Positions 27,026 through 40,201 of a stretch of DNA of 64,000 bases are shown here, in pieces; within the stretch, counting starts at the first letter, position 1, and every line of letters begins with the position of its first letter. Below the pieces are notes generated by a model. That model ran no database searches. It was not told the origin of the DNA and saw only the letters and a list, made by a program, of their open reading frames with translations. Position numbers and translations under genes: made by a program. Source of the DNA: Bispira polyomma (taxonomy: Eukaryota); assembly GCA_965649765.1 (NCBI GenBank), contig OZ287758.1:11966001-12030000 (forward strand), in the 5' to 3' direction.

Positions 27026-27610
27026 TATATGTCATGTATTACAAACTTAAAAGTATATATATTGTGCCAAAATGTGCACAAAAACCTGGTTTTCCATACT
27101 AAATAAACCCAAATAAACATATCCTAAACCAAAGAAAGAAATACACAATATCCACAATATAAACCAATACAATATAGCCAAAGAAAAATTAAACATCCAA
27201 TATATCCAAAGTACAAATTAATCAAAATACAAACAAAAAGAAAGAAAATTATAACATAAATTACAAACAAAATCAAAGTCCATAGCCAAAAACAAAATCA
27301 AAGTCCTCAAAAATCCTATTTAAATTTACTTTTTGTCTTTTCTGTTTTCCTTACCCTTTAGTTTTTGGTCCCGTTCTTTCTCTCTCTTCTCCTCTTTCAA
27401 TCTTGTCATCACCTTCTTTCTTTTAACTGCTTGAAACTATGTGTCCTCAGGACGGCTAGCCCCACTGCTGTCCCGCTCATCGATATTGAGGGTATCCGGA
27501 CTAATATCCAGCCTCATGCTGTCAGACAGTGAAACCTTTTGAATAGCTTGGTCCCCCTCCTGACTCCAATCAATTTTACCGTCTTTACCATCCTTAGTAC
27601 ACTGCAACTC

Positions 27611-28626
27611 CTATCCCTTTGAAGTACCAGAAACTACTGCTGCTCCAGATATCCCTGCATCACCCTCCACAGAAACCACCACTGAGTCAGCACCAGCCAC
27701 AGGTCCAGTCACAGAATCAGCATCTTCCCCAGGATCAGCACCCGCCACAGTATCAGCACCCATTAAAGGTTCAGCACCACCAACAGAAACAAGACTAGGA
27801 TTAACCACTACAGACCCGTCTTCAGCACTTGATGTCACTTCTACTTGAAGATCAACTTCTGGTTCATCAGTAACCATCTGATCCTCCTTCGATGGGCCTG
27901 TAGCGGCGACAGTTCTAGCGTAAGTGTTAGATACTGTACATTCCTCCGAGGTATGCATATCATATTTGGCACAATGTCTACAGTAAGATGTAGTACACGT
28001 CTGCCTCGTGTGACCGATCTTGCTACATCTAAAACACACTGGTCCACGGCCTGGCACAGTAATCAGAAATTTCAACTGCTCCTGACTGATGACCTAACAT
28101 GTTCATACCCTTTAACTTTTGAATGATCCCACTTCATAGAATAAACTGCACCAAATCGTGACAGGAAGGCCAGCAAAGATGCCATTGGTACAAAAGGTGG
28201 CAACCAGTGTACCCCGACATGCACTACATTCGGAGTCAAGGAGATAACTCTACCTTCATAGCTTTTTATTCGAGGTATGCTTCTCAGTGCATGTAACACA
28301 GCTTCCTTGGTTGATAGCGAAATCAGCCACTTGCAGTTGTCATTCAATGGCCCAACTGACACCAAATAATTCACATCCAAGCCAATCCCAACCAGGGATT
28401 CCATCACTGTATCACGCAGGTAAGGTATGCCACTTGGCGGAAATTGAACTTTAACTGTAAAATCCTTTTCAGTCAATGCGTTTACATCCTCCAACAAGTC
28501 ACTCAAAATATCACTAGTATTTACACAATGTCTCAAATTGTCCTTTGCTCTGTGATACTCCTCTGAGGTTGTCATTTCCTTCAGACTACTCAAAGCACCA
28601 TTAATCAAATCATTCACTTTATCCAT
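27611..28626 (-). pseudogene. Tx1 copy B ORF1
   Basis: [37 protein letters not shown]; frameshift/deletion near 28075. Confidence 0.82.
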
Positions 28627-29065
28627 TTTTCTTTTTCAAAGCAAAAAAACAAAAAAAAAACACTTAAACTCAAGAATCAACAATCCAATCTCGATTAGTA
28701 AAACTTCTTTACCCTTCCACCTTTACCTTTACATACCAAAGCGGTGCATACATATAAGTTGAGAAACTGTTTAAGTAATATGCCGTAGTAGTTAACTTAT
28801 GGTTGGTAATGTCTAAACAATTGAGTCGTTTTGTGTTTTAGGAAATTTTTTATATTGATCCATTCCTTCATTTTTTTTCTGTTGTATCTTCTGAAAATCA
28901 GTTCAGTCCATAAGATAATATATGAAGTGTGAAGACATATGAAAAAGAATAAATTTTTTCTAATAACAACTTTTATTGTATACACAACTTGTTTGGGATG
29001 ACATAACAATAATGTTAAAAACTACTAAGACAAGTTAGAAACTACTAACAGACACATAACATACT

Positions 29066-29404
29066 GTACACAGCTAAAGAGGTTAAGTAGGAAAGACCTT
29101 ACTTTAAGGTAATCGTATCCTAAGCTAAGTGGAAACTCACAATGAGGTGGCCATAACTTAAACTTCTGAGGGTTCACTTTAAGTAGACCTTAACCTCAAA
29201 CTTCTAGTCACTTCATCTTAACCTCATTTAATTGAGGTAGCCGTAACTTGAACTTCTGATAGTTCACTTTAAGTTGACCTTAAACCCAAACTTCTAGTTA
29301 CCTCACCTTAACCTCACTTTTAATTGAGGTGACCACATTTAACCTTAAGCACCCTTAGTCGACTAAGGTGGGTGTTTTCCTTTAGGATTACTTTACAACG
29401 TGTG
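29066..29404. repeat. Small TIR-like element with about 90-bp internal tandem repeats, abutting the truncated YR
   Basis: Ends TACACAGCTAAAG / CTTTACAACGTGTG; unit TGAGGT.GCC.TAACTT.AACTTCTGA..GTTCACTTTAAGT.GACCTT occurs about 2.3 times; related TAAGGTAACCTTAA motifs at 3935-4182. Confidence 0.55.
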
Positions 29405-30071
29405 AGCCTAAGAGAAAGCTTCAGAAATTTTGTCATTTTCCTGACAGCACTTACAGGACACAACTTTGAACCTTTTAATTCTGGTAATTGTACCACATGA
29501 TATGCACCAGAGGTCTGCATATTCTTTGCATGTTTTTGAATTAAATGTAAGCCTGGTTGACCATACACAATATCCGAAAGTACAGGCAATCTTGATTTAT
29601 CATAGGAAGAGGCCACAGGTGATACCAATGATGCTAACCTAAGAAAGCCAAAGAATGTGACAAGAAACATTGCCTGAAATACAGGAGCATTTGAAAGCAG
29701 ACCAGTTCTACCTATGAGCTCAGTTAACATTTGAATTGAAATGACCCTTTAATTTTAAGTAACAGAGGAGCATTAGTTTGTGTAGATTTAATCATCAGTT
29801 GTAACTTTCTGCTTTTCAAAGCCACAATTGGCCAACCAAACAATTGAAAATAGTGGTTCAAGACTGCTAGTACATTTTGAATAGAAGAAGCTCTAAGTCC
29901 ATTTTTACACAATAGTTGAACATAAGCCAATACAGACGAGTGTTCATAAGGGATAGGCACATCATAGGCAACCACAAAAGTGACAAACTGTCTAAATTTA
30001 GCAGCATAAGCTGCAGCAGTCCTGGGCCTCAGAGCAGCTGCAATCCGCTTGTCCACCTGCTCCAGCAGCAT
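29405..30071 (-). pseudogene. Tyrosine recombinase, frameshifted and C-terminally truncated (HxxR and Tyr missing)
   Basis: ORFs 29724-30071 (SAM-like N-domain) and 29320-29730 (first catalytic Arg, CPV); homology ends at about 29405. Confidence 0.82.
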
Positions 30072-30398
30072 ATCCAGAGGTTTATTTTCTGAAAATACAA
30101 CAGACGGAGAGCAGAATTTTGCTTTATTTCCGCCTGTTGCCTGCTGAACGAAATGAATTCAGACAGCAGGGCAGGCAGTTTTTATGTCAAAGACACTTAT
30201 GCATTTAAACAGTATGAAACCCAGTATATAATGAAATAGGAAACTTCACAAAACCTTGCAGATGGCAATAAAAATTAACTTATTCCCAATTATACAATCG
30301 CCTGCAAGGTTTAAAGGAACAAATTTAGTATCTAAATGAGCCAATTAGGGTATAATTCTGCGGCTTTTGACTGCCACCATTCACATTTATATAAACTT

Positions 30399-32513
30399 CT
30401 AACATGAGTTTTCTAAATTCATACTGTAGTTGCACCAGCGAGATAAAATATCCGCATAAGTGTTACTTTCACCTTTTATATGTTTAAATTCAATCTGTAT
30501 ATCATAAGAGGCCATTAATAACCAGATACTTCTGGCGCATGCCATAAGAAATGTATCTTTAATTTTATGTGAATTTAGCATGTTTACTACTGCCAGATTA
30601 TCACACCAAATTGTGATATGCTTTTTACTAAAATGCTTTACCCATGTTCTTATGGCCAACATGACATTTGCCATTTTGAAATGTACAATTGTCAAATACA
30701 ATTTCACATCTTCTGGTATGTCCAAAGTATACACTTTATTGCCATACTTGGCACCCACAGCAAATAACGACGCATCGACATATACATGCTCTGTACGGTT
30801 ACTTTTGTCAATGTGCATTTCTACTGAACCATTAAATTTCTCCAAAAATACATTGAACCAATTTATATCCCTATACAAATCTGGCGATAATTTAATAGTA
30901 CCTTTTTTAGAGGAGTCCCTAAGAGCTTGTAAAATTCAATTAACAAATAAACGAGCAGGTTTAATACACCTATGCAAATATAATAATTTGCCAGTGAGTT
31001 TTTGCAGTTGATGCTTGGTGGCCGTTGTTTTATAGGTCCACTGTTTACATATTGTTTTAATTTGTCTAATTTTTTCCTGTGGTATGGTTAGCGTACCCAG
31101 AACCGCGTTTACACAGATACCCATACATACTACCTCCTTTTAGGGCTTTCAAGTTTAGAAACGCTAATAGGAATACCAAGTTTTTCCAATAATACACAGA
31201 GAGTTATAAGCACCCTGCGCATGCGCAGGATCCTCTACTCCAATGAAATCGTCAATATAATTTATAAGCCAGTATCTTTGTGTTTCCATAAGGTGTCTTA
31301 TACTGTCCATTACTAATTGGCAAATTCCCGCCCCCGTACGAAATCCAAATGGAAGCGCGATGTCAATGAAGTTTTTATCTTTCCAGATAAGCCCCAAAAC
31401 AGGGTAATCTAATGGATCTATACGCAGGTTTCTAAATGCCCTCTTAATGTCCACCTTATATATGAGTGCATTATATCCTAAATCATTAATACGCTTTACT
31501 ATATGATCTACTGTAGGGTATGATAACTTATATTCCATCCCCATATAAACATCTTTTTGAAGACTGTCGTTAACCGACATTCCATGTGGCCATGATAAAT
31601 CTATGATTACTCTGGTGGCCCCATCTGGTTTAGGTCTAGCCATCATAGGTGAAACATGTGTTTTCTCGAAAGGAAACCTTGAAAATGGCCCAATGATGGC
31701 CTCATGTTTAATTTCCGTTTCAAAATAATTTTCAACTCCTGTTGGTTCCTGGAGAGCAGATTTAGGGTTAACAATAACAGCATTATGGACAAACTTATTA
31801 TAGTTGATGTCAAGAGGGAATCCATATTCCAAAAAGTCACAAATAATTTTATATTTATAGTCTTTTAGGTAAAGACGCCAATTATTTATATTAAGTTGTG
31901 AAGGAACCTTGAGTTGAGCGCCAACATAATTGGGTACATTTGTTCTAGCAACAATTCCATTTGCCTTAGCCACCCATTCCTTTAAGTTATTATATGCAAG
32001 AGCATTGTGTGCAGAACACGTGGCTTCCGGAATTCCATACCAATTGAAACCATAAACGAGATCCTCATGACTTCCATTTTTGCCAAGTACGTCGCAAGTG
32101 GCAGTGTGTGAAGCATCAGTAGCCATAGGTACATTATGATTTGTTGTACAAGTTATAAGTTTTTTGTTTTTGCCATTACTTAATTCATAACCCATGTACA
32201 CATTATGACTTAGTATATTATTAGCCATGTGTGCATTATGACTTATTGCACTCGTGATAGAGTTTCCATTTTCCCCAATTCGTGAGTCACAGCCCATATA
32301 GACCCCATTTCTTGATGTGTCCTTATGGATGTGTGCACTATGACTTGTTATACACGTTTTAAAATTTCTATTTTCTCCATCACGTAAGTCATCATCACAG
32401 CCCATAAGAGCATTATGATTTGCAATCTCAGTAGGGATGTGTACATTATGATTTGTTACACAAACAGTGTACTGTCCATTATTTATTACGTGAAACATTG
32501 GGAATGTGTACAT
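30399..32513 (-). pseudogene. Ngaro-like reverse transcriptase / RNase H, frameshifted
   Basis: ORFs 31164-32513, 30936-31124 and 30399-30878. Confidence 0.88.
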
Positions 32514-33914
32514 TATAAATCACGTTATCACTTGTGTGTATTAAGTTTCGTTTCTTGCTTTTAAAACCCATATGGCCTATAGCATTACTTCTTTTAGTTT
32601 CACGTACATTATTATTTTCAATGTTAACTATATTTTGTTCACTTGTACAACTGGCTTTGTATGTATATATTGTGCCACGTTTGTTCAAAACATGTATGCC
32701 CGTATTGGTAACAGCTTTTGTACTCATGAAGTCATCACTAAGCTCCCACCCTGTAAAATCCTGATCTAAATTGTGCTCGACAATTGTTGAATTATTTGTT
32801 TTGCTTGTATTTATACTAAAATTCAAAGTTTCCATAAAACCACTAAATTCTTTAGTAGTATATATAGTGTACCTTTCCATATCAGTTTTATTTGTAAAAT
32901 CAACATGATTAAAACCATGAGTACTAAAATCTTTAATAGAGTGTACTGCACTATATTCTATACTACTATTGTAGTTTGTGTGTGTAAAATCATTGGTACT
33001 TATACTATAAGAATAACTGGTTATGCCAGTGTGCACTTTATAGGCTTTTAACCCATCATCAGTGTCATTGGTGTAAGTTATGAAAGAAGTATCATAACAG
33101 TTGTTTGCGTTTCCCTTATTGAAAACATATTACTCTTGACACGAGGACATATCCCATGTGTCATAAATACTTGTATATTCTTTATTTAATGTGTTTTCAG
33201 AAAAATCCATATTGACACTAGTTGCTTCACTTGTAGATATATTGGCCATATTTCTACAACCTCCCCGCCTTATAAGGCTGTTCTGCCAAGTAGGGATATT
33301 GCAAAACCTGCACTCAAAATCACGTGTAGAACTATTATGTGTGTGCAATTTTTTTTCCCAAGCCACTGATGTAATTGTGGCAAATACAGAATTTTGTATT
33401 ACTGGTGATGTCCATTTCTCCATAACCTACCACGTGTTTTCCCAAGTTAGAGTTTTTATGTACACGTCTGTCGGCGACAATATTTGTTTGTCTAGCACTT
33501 TGGTAACTGACCTAATTACCCACGTAGGCATACACAGACATATAATTTGTTACATTATAGTCACTACTGCCATATAAATCATTACTGGCCATAAAAGTTT
33601 TTGCTTTATTGCAGGCATGACTGTCATAACCAATACACATGCTTTTACTTTCATTAGTATATACTGTACATGCAAAACTTTCCATATCGAGTACTTTAGT
33701 ATTTCAAGAAATAGTATTTGAATCTACACTCTCTACTACCTTATTAATACTTTCTAAATACGTGCTTTTACTCTTTTCAAAACTAGTAGTTAAATCTACA
33801 TCTTTTGAAATACTGTTTAAATATGCTTCATCATAAACTGTTATACCAACATTTTCCCGTAATCTGTTACACTTTATACTTTTAGTGTTTTCAGATGTTA
33901 GGTTACTACCTTTA

Positions 33915-34789
33915 TTAAACCTGCTGATTAGGCCTGTCTTTGGTTGCGTTAACTACCCTATGCTCTATTTTCCTGCCTACCACTTTGAAACAATACGAAC
34001 ATGCATGATTGAACATGACCCCGTCTTTAACATGATCTTCTGTAAATTTACAAGTATTTTTGTTGTAATACCTACAGATCTCGGCCTTGCTCTCAGTATT
34101 ACTATCTTTTACATGATTTTTTGCAGAAAACCCATAGCTAGCCGGGGTAACTATCCTTTGAGTAGCCCTAGCCCTGACCTTGTCTATTAAATCTGTATTA
34201 TCCCAGTCAAGCTTACCCTTTTCCATTTCCGTTAGGACAAAGGCATGAGCCTTCTTGGCTGTGGGAAGGGATAGTTCTACTGCGTCTTGCATTAAATTCG
34301 TATAATACAATAACATATTGTTCTTTCTTTGACTACTAGTTTCCTCGGGAGGCTACAGTAATTATGAGGCCAGGCAATATTACGTTTAATGACATGCGTA
34401 CCCGCCCTAAATCGCCCTGATTTAATAACCTTGTCTGAATTCGTACCTTTGGCATCAGGACGTGACGTGTACCGATATGCTCTCAGCCTCTTGTCCACCT
34501 CGGCTTGCACACGGGAGTTGGATTTCAACAAATCCAAGGATGGCAACTCAGTCCTGTCTTCCTTCTGACTTCTGTCTGCCTTCGGGGAACTCTGTGCTGA
34601 CGGGGCGGATCTAGACACTTCCTGTAGTACCAACTTCTCTTCCTGGTCCTGTAAACATTTTTCGTGAGAATCTAATCGTTCGGTAATAGCAGCCAGTCCT
34701 TTTAAAATGTCTTGTAATGGATCAACTGTATCAGTGTCCGTTACAGCTTCACTTTGTGAAGTTTGCGTTTTACTACCTACACGTGGCAT
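33915..34789 (-). pseudogene. Ngaro-like ORF1/gag, one frameshift
   Basis: ORFs 34292-34789 and 33915-34316; C-terminal Cys/His finger CRYYNKNTC...H...HACSYC...H. Confidence 0.75.
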
Positions 34790-35932
34790 ATCAGCAGAGG
34801 TCCAGAGAGAAAAACACAGCCTAGAGTTTTATAAAATCTCCCAAGTTAAAATCCCACGTGTTTAAACTGGTTCAATCTGTCTAGTTCTCTCAGGTCACCT
34901 CGCTTCAAGTACACACGGCACAACCAGAATACTCCCAGAATGTAGCAATGCTGAGGATTATATAGACCAAATAATTGCGGGAAAACGTCATATCGTTCAC
35001 CAGAGTTATTCAAGCCCACCCACACAGCAAACGATTCTTGTATTTTAGTTCTAGCAATGCCTATGTCTATGCAAACCTAGCCTAGTACCTAGTCTTGCTA
35101 GGTCTCTTATTACTCTAATGTACTGATATATATTGCTATCTTATACGCATATATTTTCACAAGTATCCAAAATAAAAGGTAAAGCATAGTCAGAAGCATC
35201 AACAGAATATAGTAGGAACACAATCTGAACTTGTAATTGGACTCATTGTGCTGTATGTCCATGTTAAAATGACATCCCTAACTCACATTAAAATACTTGT
35301 ATTAGGTTAACTTAGTCTAAAATTACATGGCAAGTAAATTATTCATACCATAGCCACCATAACTTAATCACTCTAATGAGGTACATAAAGAGTTGGTTAA
35401 ATTTTTTTTTTTTATTGGGCACGGCAGGTTAAAAGAAATTTTAGGAAACCAATAGATCTTTTGTAGGCTACCAATCCTTTTTCTTTCTGTCCTGACTCGG
35501 TTCCCCTGTCTATAATTTTTTGCTCCTTAACTATCTAACCCCTTTTTCCACCGGCCTTCCTCTCTTTTTTCATTTCTCTCTTCATCTTTAGATCCGTACT
35601 CCCTCCACTCTGGAATCTGGTTGCCATGTCAGAAGTGACTGTAGATCACTTAACAAGTGGGATGTCAAAACTTATAACCTATAGATCCTCATATCATGCT
35701 TATTAGTGGTTCTAGACCTTTGGAATGTGACGACAACTTGTGGAAAGTCATTGTTTAAGTGTTCAGGATTAGGCCACAAATGTGATGAGAATAGTGTAAA
35801 GTGCCTTTTGAATGCAACCTACAAAATAAGGCACTTTTTTACATTATGTTATTATTGATCAGAAAAAGGACATACCAGCATTCACCAAATCCTGACTTGG
35901 TAACTGTGATTTGGATGTGATTAGCAACCTTG

Positions 35933-36484
35933 TATTGCAGTCAAAATAGTCACTGACCTATAATTAATTGTAGAAATTAAATTAATTTTGCAGCATACGT
36001 TTACTTAAGGGCCCAATAATAACAATATTAAAAAAAATATAATGGATGAAAATCTAAAAACCACCCCTCTCTCTCACCCCCACCCCCTCCAATTTACACT
36101 CCTCTGTGTCTCACCTTCCCCCATTTACCCTCCTCTAGGTCACACCCCCTCCCCTCCTCTCACTCCTACCCTTCACTTACCCCCTCTAACAAAACCATGT
36201 TATGATGTCATTTGGATGTATTCAATACATAATAATGACATCACTGTAAAGTTATGACATTTTTTTTACCCTCTGATGTCAAAGCTGCGCTTAGTTACAC
36301 AATTAACAGTTGTACATTGTGTAACAATATGAGCCTTTTTAAAAACATGTAAAAATAAATAGATTCACATTCATTACATTTTCTTATATTTTTAATATGT
36401 TATTATTGGACCCCTAAGTAAATGTATGCTGCAAGAGTAATTTCTGTTGCAATTATTCCTATGTCACTATTTTTGACTGGACTA
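35933..36484. mobile_element. MITE-like structure with about 110-bp imperfect inverted repeats, same terminus family as the host repeat
   Basis: 35938-36045 is the reverse complement of 36380-36480 (TTGCAGCATAC.TTTACTTA.GG..CCAATAATAACA); C-rich core. Confidence 0.75.
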
Positions 36485-37602
36485 ACATGCTTAAATTTTC
36501 CCTTTAGCTATCCTGTCTCGTTGTCACACACAACATGATACATTGTGTCAGTATTAACCAAAATAAAGTCACTTCTCTTCAAGTGGGACTGTACAGTAGT
36601 ACATTAGTGACCTAGTGGTTATAACCACCTGCTTTAAAATCACTGGCCTCTTACCTCTGGGGATGCAATCCCACATAGTCCTTCATGTTGGAAAGTTTTG
36701 TTTTTACATTTATAACTATATATATAATAGTATACATATATTACATACGTTTGTATCCATAGTTTTCTCATAAAGACATCAAAATGGGGAAATAACTTTT
36801 TCTTACAAAAGGTGAAACACACAGTTACTGCACTGATACAATATGAAATAAAAAAATATAAGGTTGATAACTGATGCAATATTGGACCCCACTTATCATG
36901 GTAAACTATTGCCATTTCTCTCTTATAAAACCTTTTCCAATTGGGTATGGTGACATATAATTTTAATAACACCTTCTACTTCTAAACATCTTTACTAAGG
37001 ATAATAGCCTCTATTTTCTCTGATAATACTTCTATGTAAGCACAAATATGGCCAGTTGTCTCATGTAACAGTTACAGATCTGTTCGATGGACTTGGGTTT
37101 GACCATTATTATAAAAACTTTATGACTTTCCAATGAGGACTGCACCTATAAGTTGCCATGTGTCTGCCTCTACCTGGCAGATTTAAACTCTGGGCCCGTA
37201 TTTTCTGAAGAAACTCATACTCAAATAAAGGCTATGTGTTGTATATGAGCTTATATGTTTAACAGTTGTGTACATAGTTTTCTCATTTTTTTTATCTGTT
37301 TTGTAAAACTTGAAGTGATACCTATAAATGTATGTAAAGTGCAGAATTTTTGGTGAATAGTGTATTTTTTCATTTTATGTAAAAAGCTAAACTTGGTAGA
37401 CTGGAATAACCTTTGTTGTATAGTGTAGTTTTTCCTCACACTTACACACAGTTCAATATTATCATATGGGTCTAATGTCTGTAAACTGTCAAAGGGTATG
37501 GAAGGGGTATTTGATTTAGGTTTGAAGCTCGAATACAACATTAGTTATCTGTATACTTTCACAAACAAGTAAGGGCAGAATGTTTAGTCAAACCAAAACA
37601 TG

Positions 37603-40201
37603 TGTGGCGAGACGGGGGTACCCGGTTGGGTTATTTGTTGGTGTCTCCCAACACGGGTCCAAGTGTGTATCGTGGCGATTACCCCGCCCCGCACCACCTA
37701 TTGTACCCGCAGAAGTTCGACCCTGTCGTGGAACAGATCGATGGACGGTTGATACTCTACAACCCGACCGCCCCCTTGTCAGGCTTCTGCCATTGCCTGT
37801 TTACTTAGGCCAAACCAATAAAGTATAAGTAGCTGCCACCAGGTTAAGTTATGGCTTAACCAACCATTAGAAATATCTGCCTTATCCCCTGATTTCCGTA
37901 TTATTTAATACCTGGGAATGGCCAAACTCATTGAACCCTTATTGGTGGCTATTCCCCCTTTGGTTCCAGACCAGAAAAACTGTCACTAACCACTGGAGAA
38001 TCCCACCAACCCGGTCCAATTCCAAGTTATACCACCTTACATTCCCAACCTTGGTACTGTCTAAATTATAGGAAATCAGTCTTAATAATAATAATAATAA
38101 AGCTTTATTGATAAAATGGCGTACCCAGTTGGGTGTAACATGGTAAAATGTGTTTAAAATAGATGGGTAATTAAGTGTAAATGGTACACAAGTTGACACG
38201 AGGTATCGTGACATATTAATTTTAAGGTGAACGCCTACCGGTGGACACGGCCAACATACAAACACGGACCGAAAACATAACATGGAACCAAATTAGTCAA
38301 ATGGAATTACATTAATAACACACAATGGTGTATGTAGAAAACAATATACTTTTAACGAAAGGGAAGACAATTTGATATTTACAATAATTTATAACCAAAC
38401 TTGGTGGAAATATTTAAACATTTAGAATTTTGAAAGGGGGAAAATATCATGATAACTCAGGTGACAACAGGAGAGAAGTTCACATATTTAAAACACTAAG
38501 TTATGGAGTAATTGAAAGAATAGTTATATATTTAAAACAGAAACACATATTTGGGACACACTCATTTATAGAATAATTAAAAGAAACACTGAAATAATTT
38601 TACCAGGAAACATAGACAACTCACACACACATAAATTATATCAGCGTGAGTAAATTTAGTAAATGTAACCAAAAGTGCCAGAACGTAATATTAAACCAGA
38701 TTTAAAAGGTACTTACAGTCATGTGATAATCCAAATTGCACATTATACTTTAAAGTTACAATAAACATTTAATTAAAATTGGCTCAGAAATCTATGCAAG
38801 CATTAAACACTTCAAAACTTATTATTATAAACCACTTGAACTCATTACCGTGAAATCATTATGCACACTAGGGTGAATAAACCTCACTTGTGTTTATCAA
38901 TTAACACATTAATATATGCAGGTCTACAATATGTGCACTATATACAAACTATATCCAGCCCTACCGTTACCATAACCATTTCCCAATCCATAATACCCAA
39001 CCTCTAGACTAGCGGTAATAATGTCCCTTTGAGTGGTAACAGGGAGGAGATCACAGGAAGCTGAATCATGGCCAAAGCCGAGACGCAGCCGGCCGAAATC
39101 TACCGGACTGTCCCAACCCAAGGGTTCCCACCGCTAGCACTGTATCCCACTCCGTGGATTTATAAGAGAGACCAAGGAAATAACTCAATGAAATGAATGA
39201 TGAATTAATGAATGATGGATAACTATTGAATGGGTGCAGGGTTCTAATTCTGGGCCAACTGCCACAGAACCCTCATAGGAGATGCTTTTAAGCCAGGGCT
39301 ACCCTGGGTAAACTACCCGAGCCCCGTGACTGTCCAGGTATAATCCCCAGCCAAACCTCCAATGCACCTATCTCCCGGAAGTTAGCAACCAACAGGGGTG
39401 TAGTCACCTGTTTTATATGAGCAATAAAAAAAATACCAAGCCAGCCCATCTGCACTATGGACCTAAGTCCTTCCCCTGGTCTGAACAGGGAAACTGACCC
39501 GCATAGGAAGACCAATCCTAGCCCTTAATATTTTATATGAAATATGAAAATGTATGAAATCAAACTACAGTTTTCAGACATATCGGTCTAGGATGAATAG
39601 AAATAGCCAATGGAGGTCAAGAACCCAAAATAATGGCCATTACCTGAGAAATGTATTCCTCCCCTAACAAATAAAGTTCAAAATACTAATTTTTATAACC
39701 CCCTAGTTTACATGATTTTATTATAATAAATTTAGAATAATGATGAGATGATTCCCTAATATCCTACGGCCCCCGCTATCCCCATCAAACATGATAAAAA
39801 CTCACATATTAAAACTTAAAACCATACCTATGAAGTGATGCAGGTCCTTCCTCACCAAAATCCCAGCACAAAGAGACAGAATGTACCATGAGGCATCTAG
39901 AAGTTCCCCCCAGATCACCCCCCAAAACAGTTACAAACTACCCTATTGGTTTATCTACCCAAAGTTGGGAATCTCTGGGTGTAAGAGGGATTGTCATTGG
40001 TCAAGCACCTAAACTATCTCCCATCCTTTGTCCACGGATCCCTGTGGTTAATCCAAACTTGTTTACTTAGGCTGGCGTCTCGCTGCTATTTTTAGCTTGT
40101 TTACCAAATCTCTGTGACCTAGCGGTGAACCGGAAAACGGGAGGGTACTAAAACTCGGAGCGCCGCGAATCTCGGGATTCGGAAACACCCGGATCGTCAC
40201 A
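37603..40201. mobile_element. 2.6-kb non-coding TG...CA element with 4-bp TSD, probably a Gypsy-type solo LTR
   Basis: Termini TGTGGCGA...TCGTCACA (7/8 inverted), CATG on both sides (37599-602, 40202-205); no retroviral ORF. Confidence 0.75.

Larger units (their letters stand above)
23506..28700 (-). mobile_element. Tx1-clade non-LTR retrotransposon copy B (5' end present, degenerate)
   Basis: ORF1 28626-27611 in two frames (CFRCSKIGHTRQTC); ORF2 pieces 26055-26894 (APE), 25268-25999 (KSPGIDGLP...LDQSKALDRV), 24884-25183 and 24484-24879; 3' tail begins 3 bp after the TSD of copy A. Confidence 0.92.
29405..35333 (-). mobile_element. Tyrosine-recombinase retrotransposon (DIRS order, Ngaro-like: gag, RT, RNase H, YR, no methyltransferase), degenerate and 3'-truncated
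   Basis: RT (RPKPDGATRVIIDLSWP, KVDIKRAFR, LPFG, YIDD), RNase H (YVDAS...CDNLAVV...ADILSR), YR (LRPRT...FFGFLRLASL...CPV), gag (KSGRFR, CRYYNKNTC). Outer limits approximate. Confidence 0.85.
17856..36484. mobile_element. Non-autonomous DNA-transposon-like host repeat, copy 1 (TAG...CTA termini, possibly Academ-like), containing a SINE, two Tx1 elements and a YR retrotransposon
   Basis: Left end TAGTCCGGCCAA...AATAG...TAGAAATAATTGCA; right end (reverse complement) TAGTCCAGTCAAAAATAG...TAGGAATAATTGCAACAGAA; both flanked by ACA (17853-55, 36485-87). Internal segments are collinear with copy 2. Confidence 0.55.

Noticed and set aside
28710-28850. Host module as a coding exon (TK.LN...ITNHKLT..AYY.N.F)
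   Set aside because: The frame contains stops or indels in some copies and no recognisable domain.
29130-29340. CRISPR-like array (also 23510-23941)
   Set aside because: Plain tandem repeats without unique spacers, in a eukaryotic context with no cas genes.
30251-30312. 11-bp inverted repeat AAACCTTGCAG between RNase H and YR
   Set aside because: Too short, and unmatched to the element termini, to call a DIRS internal complementary region.
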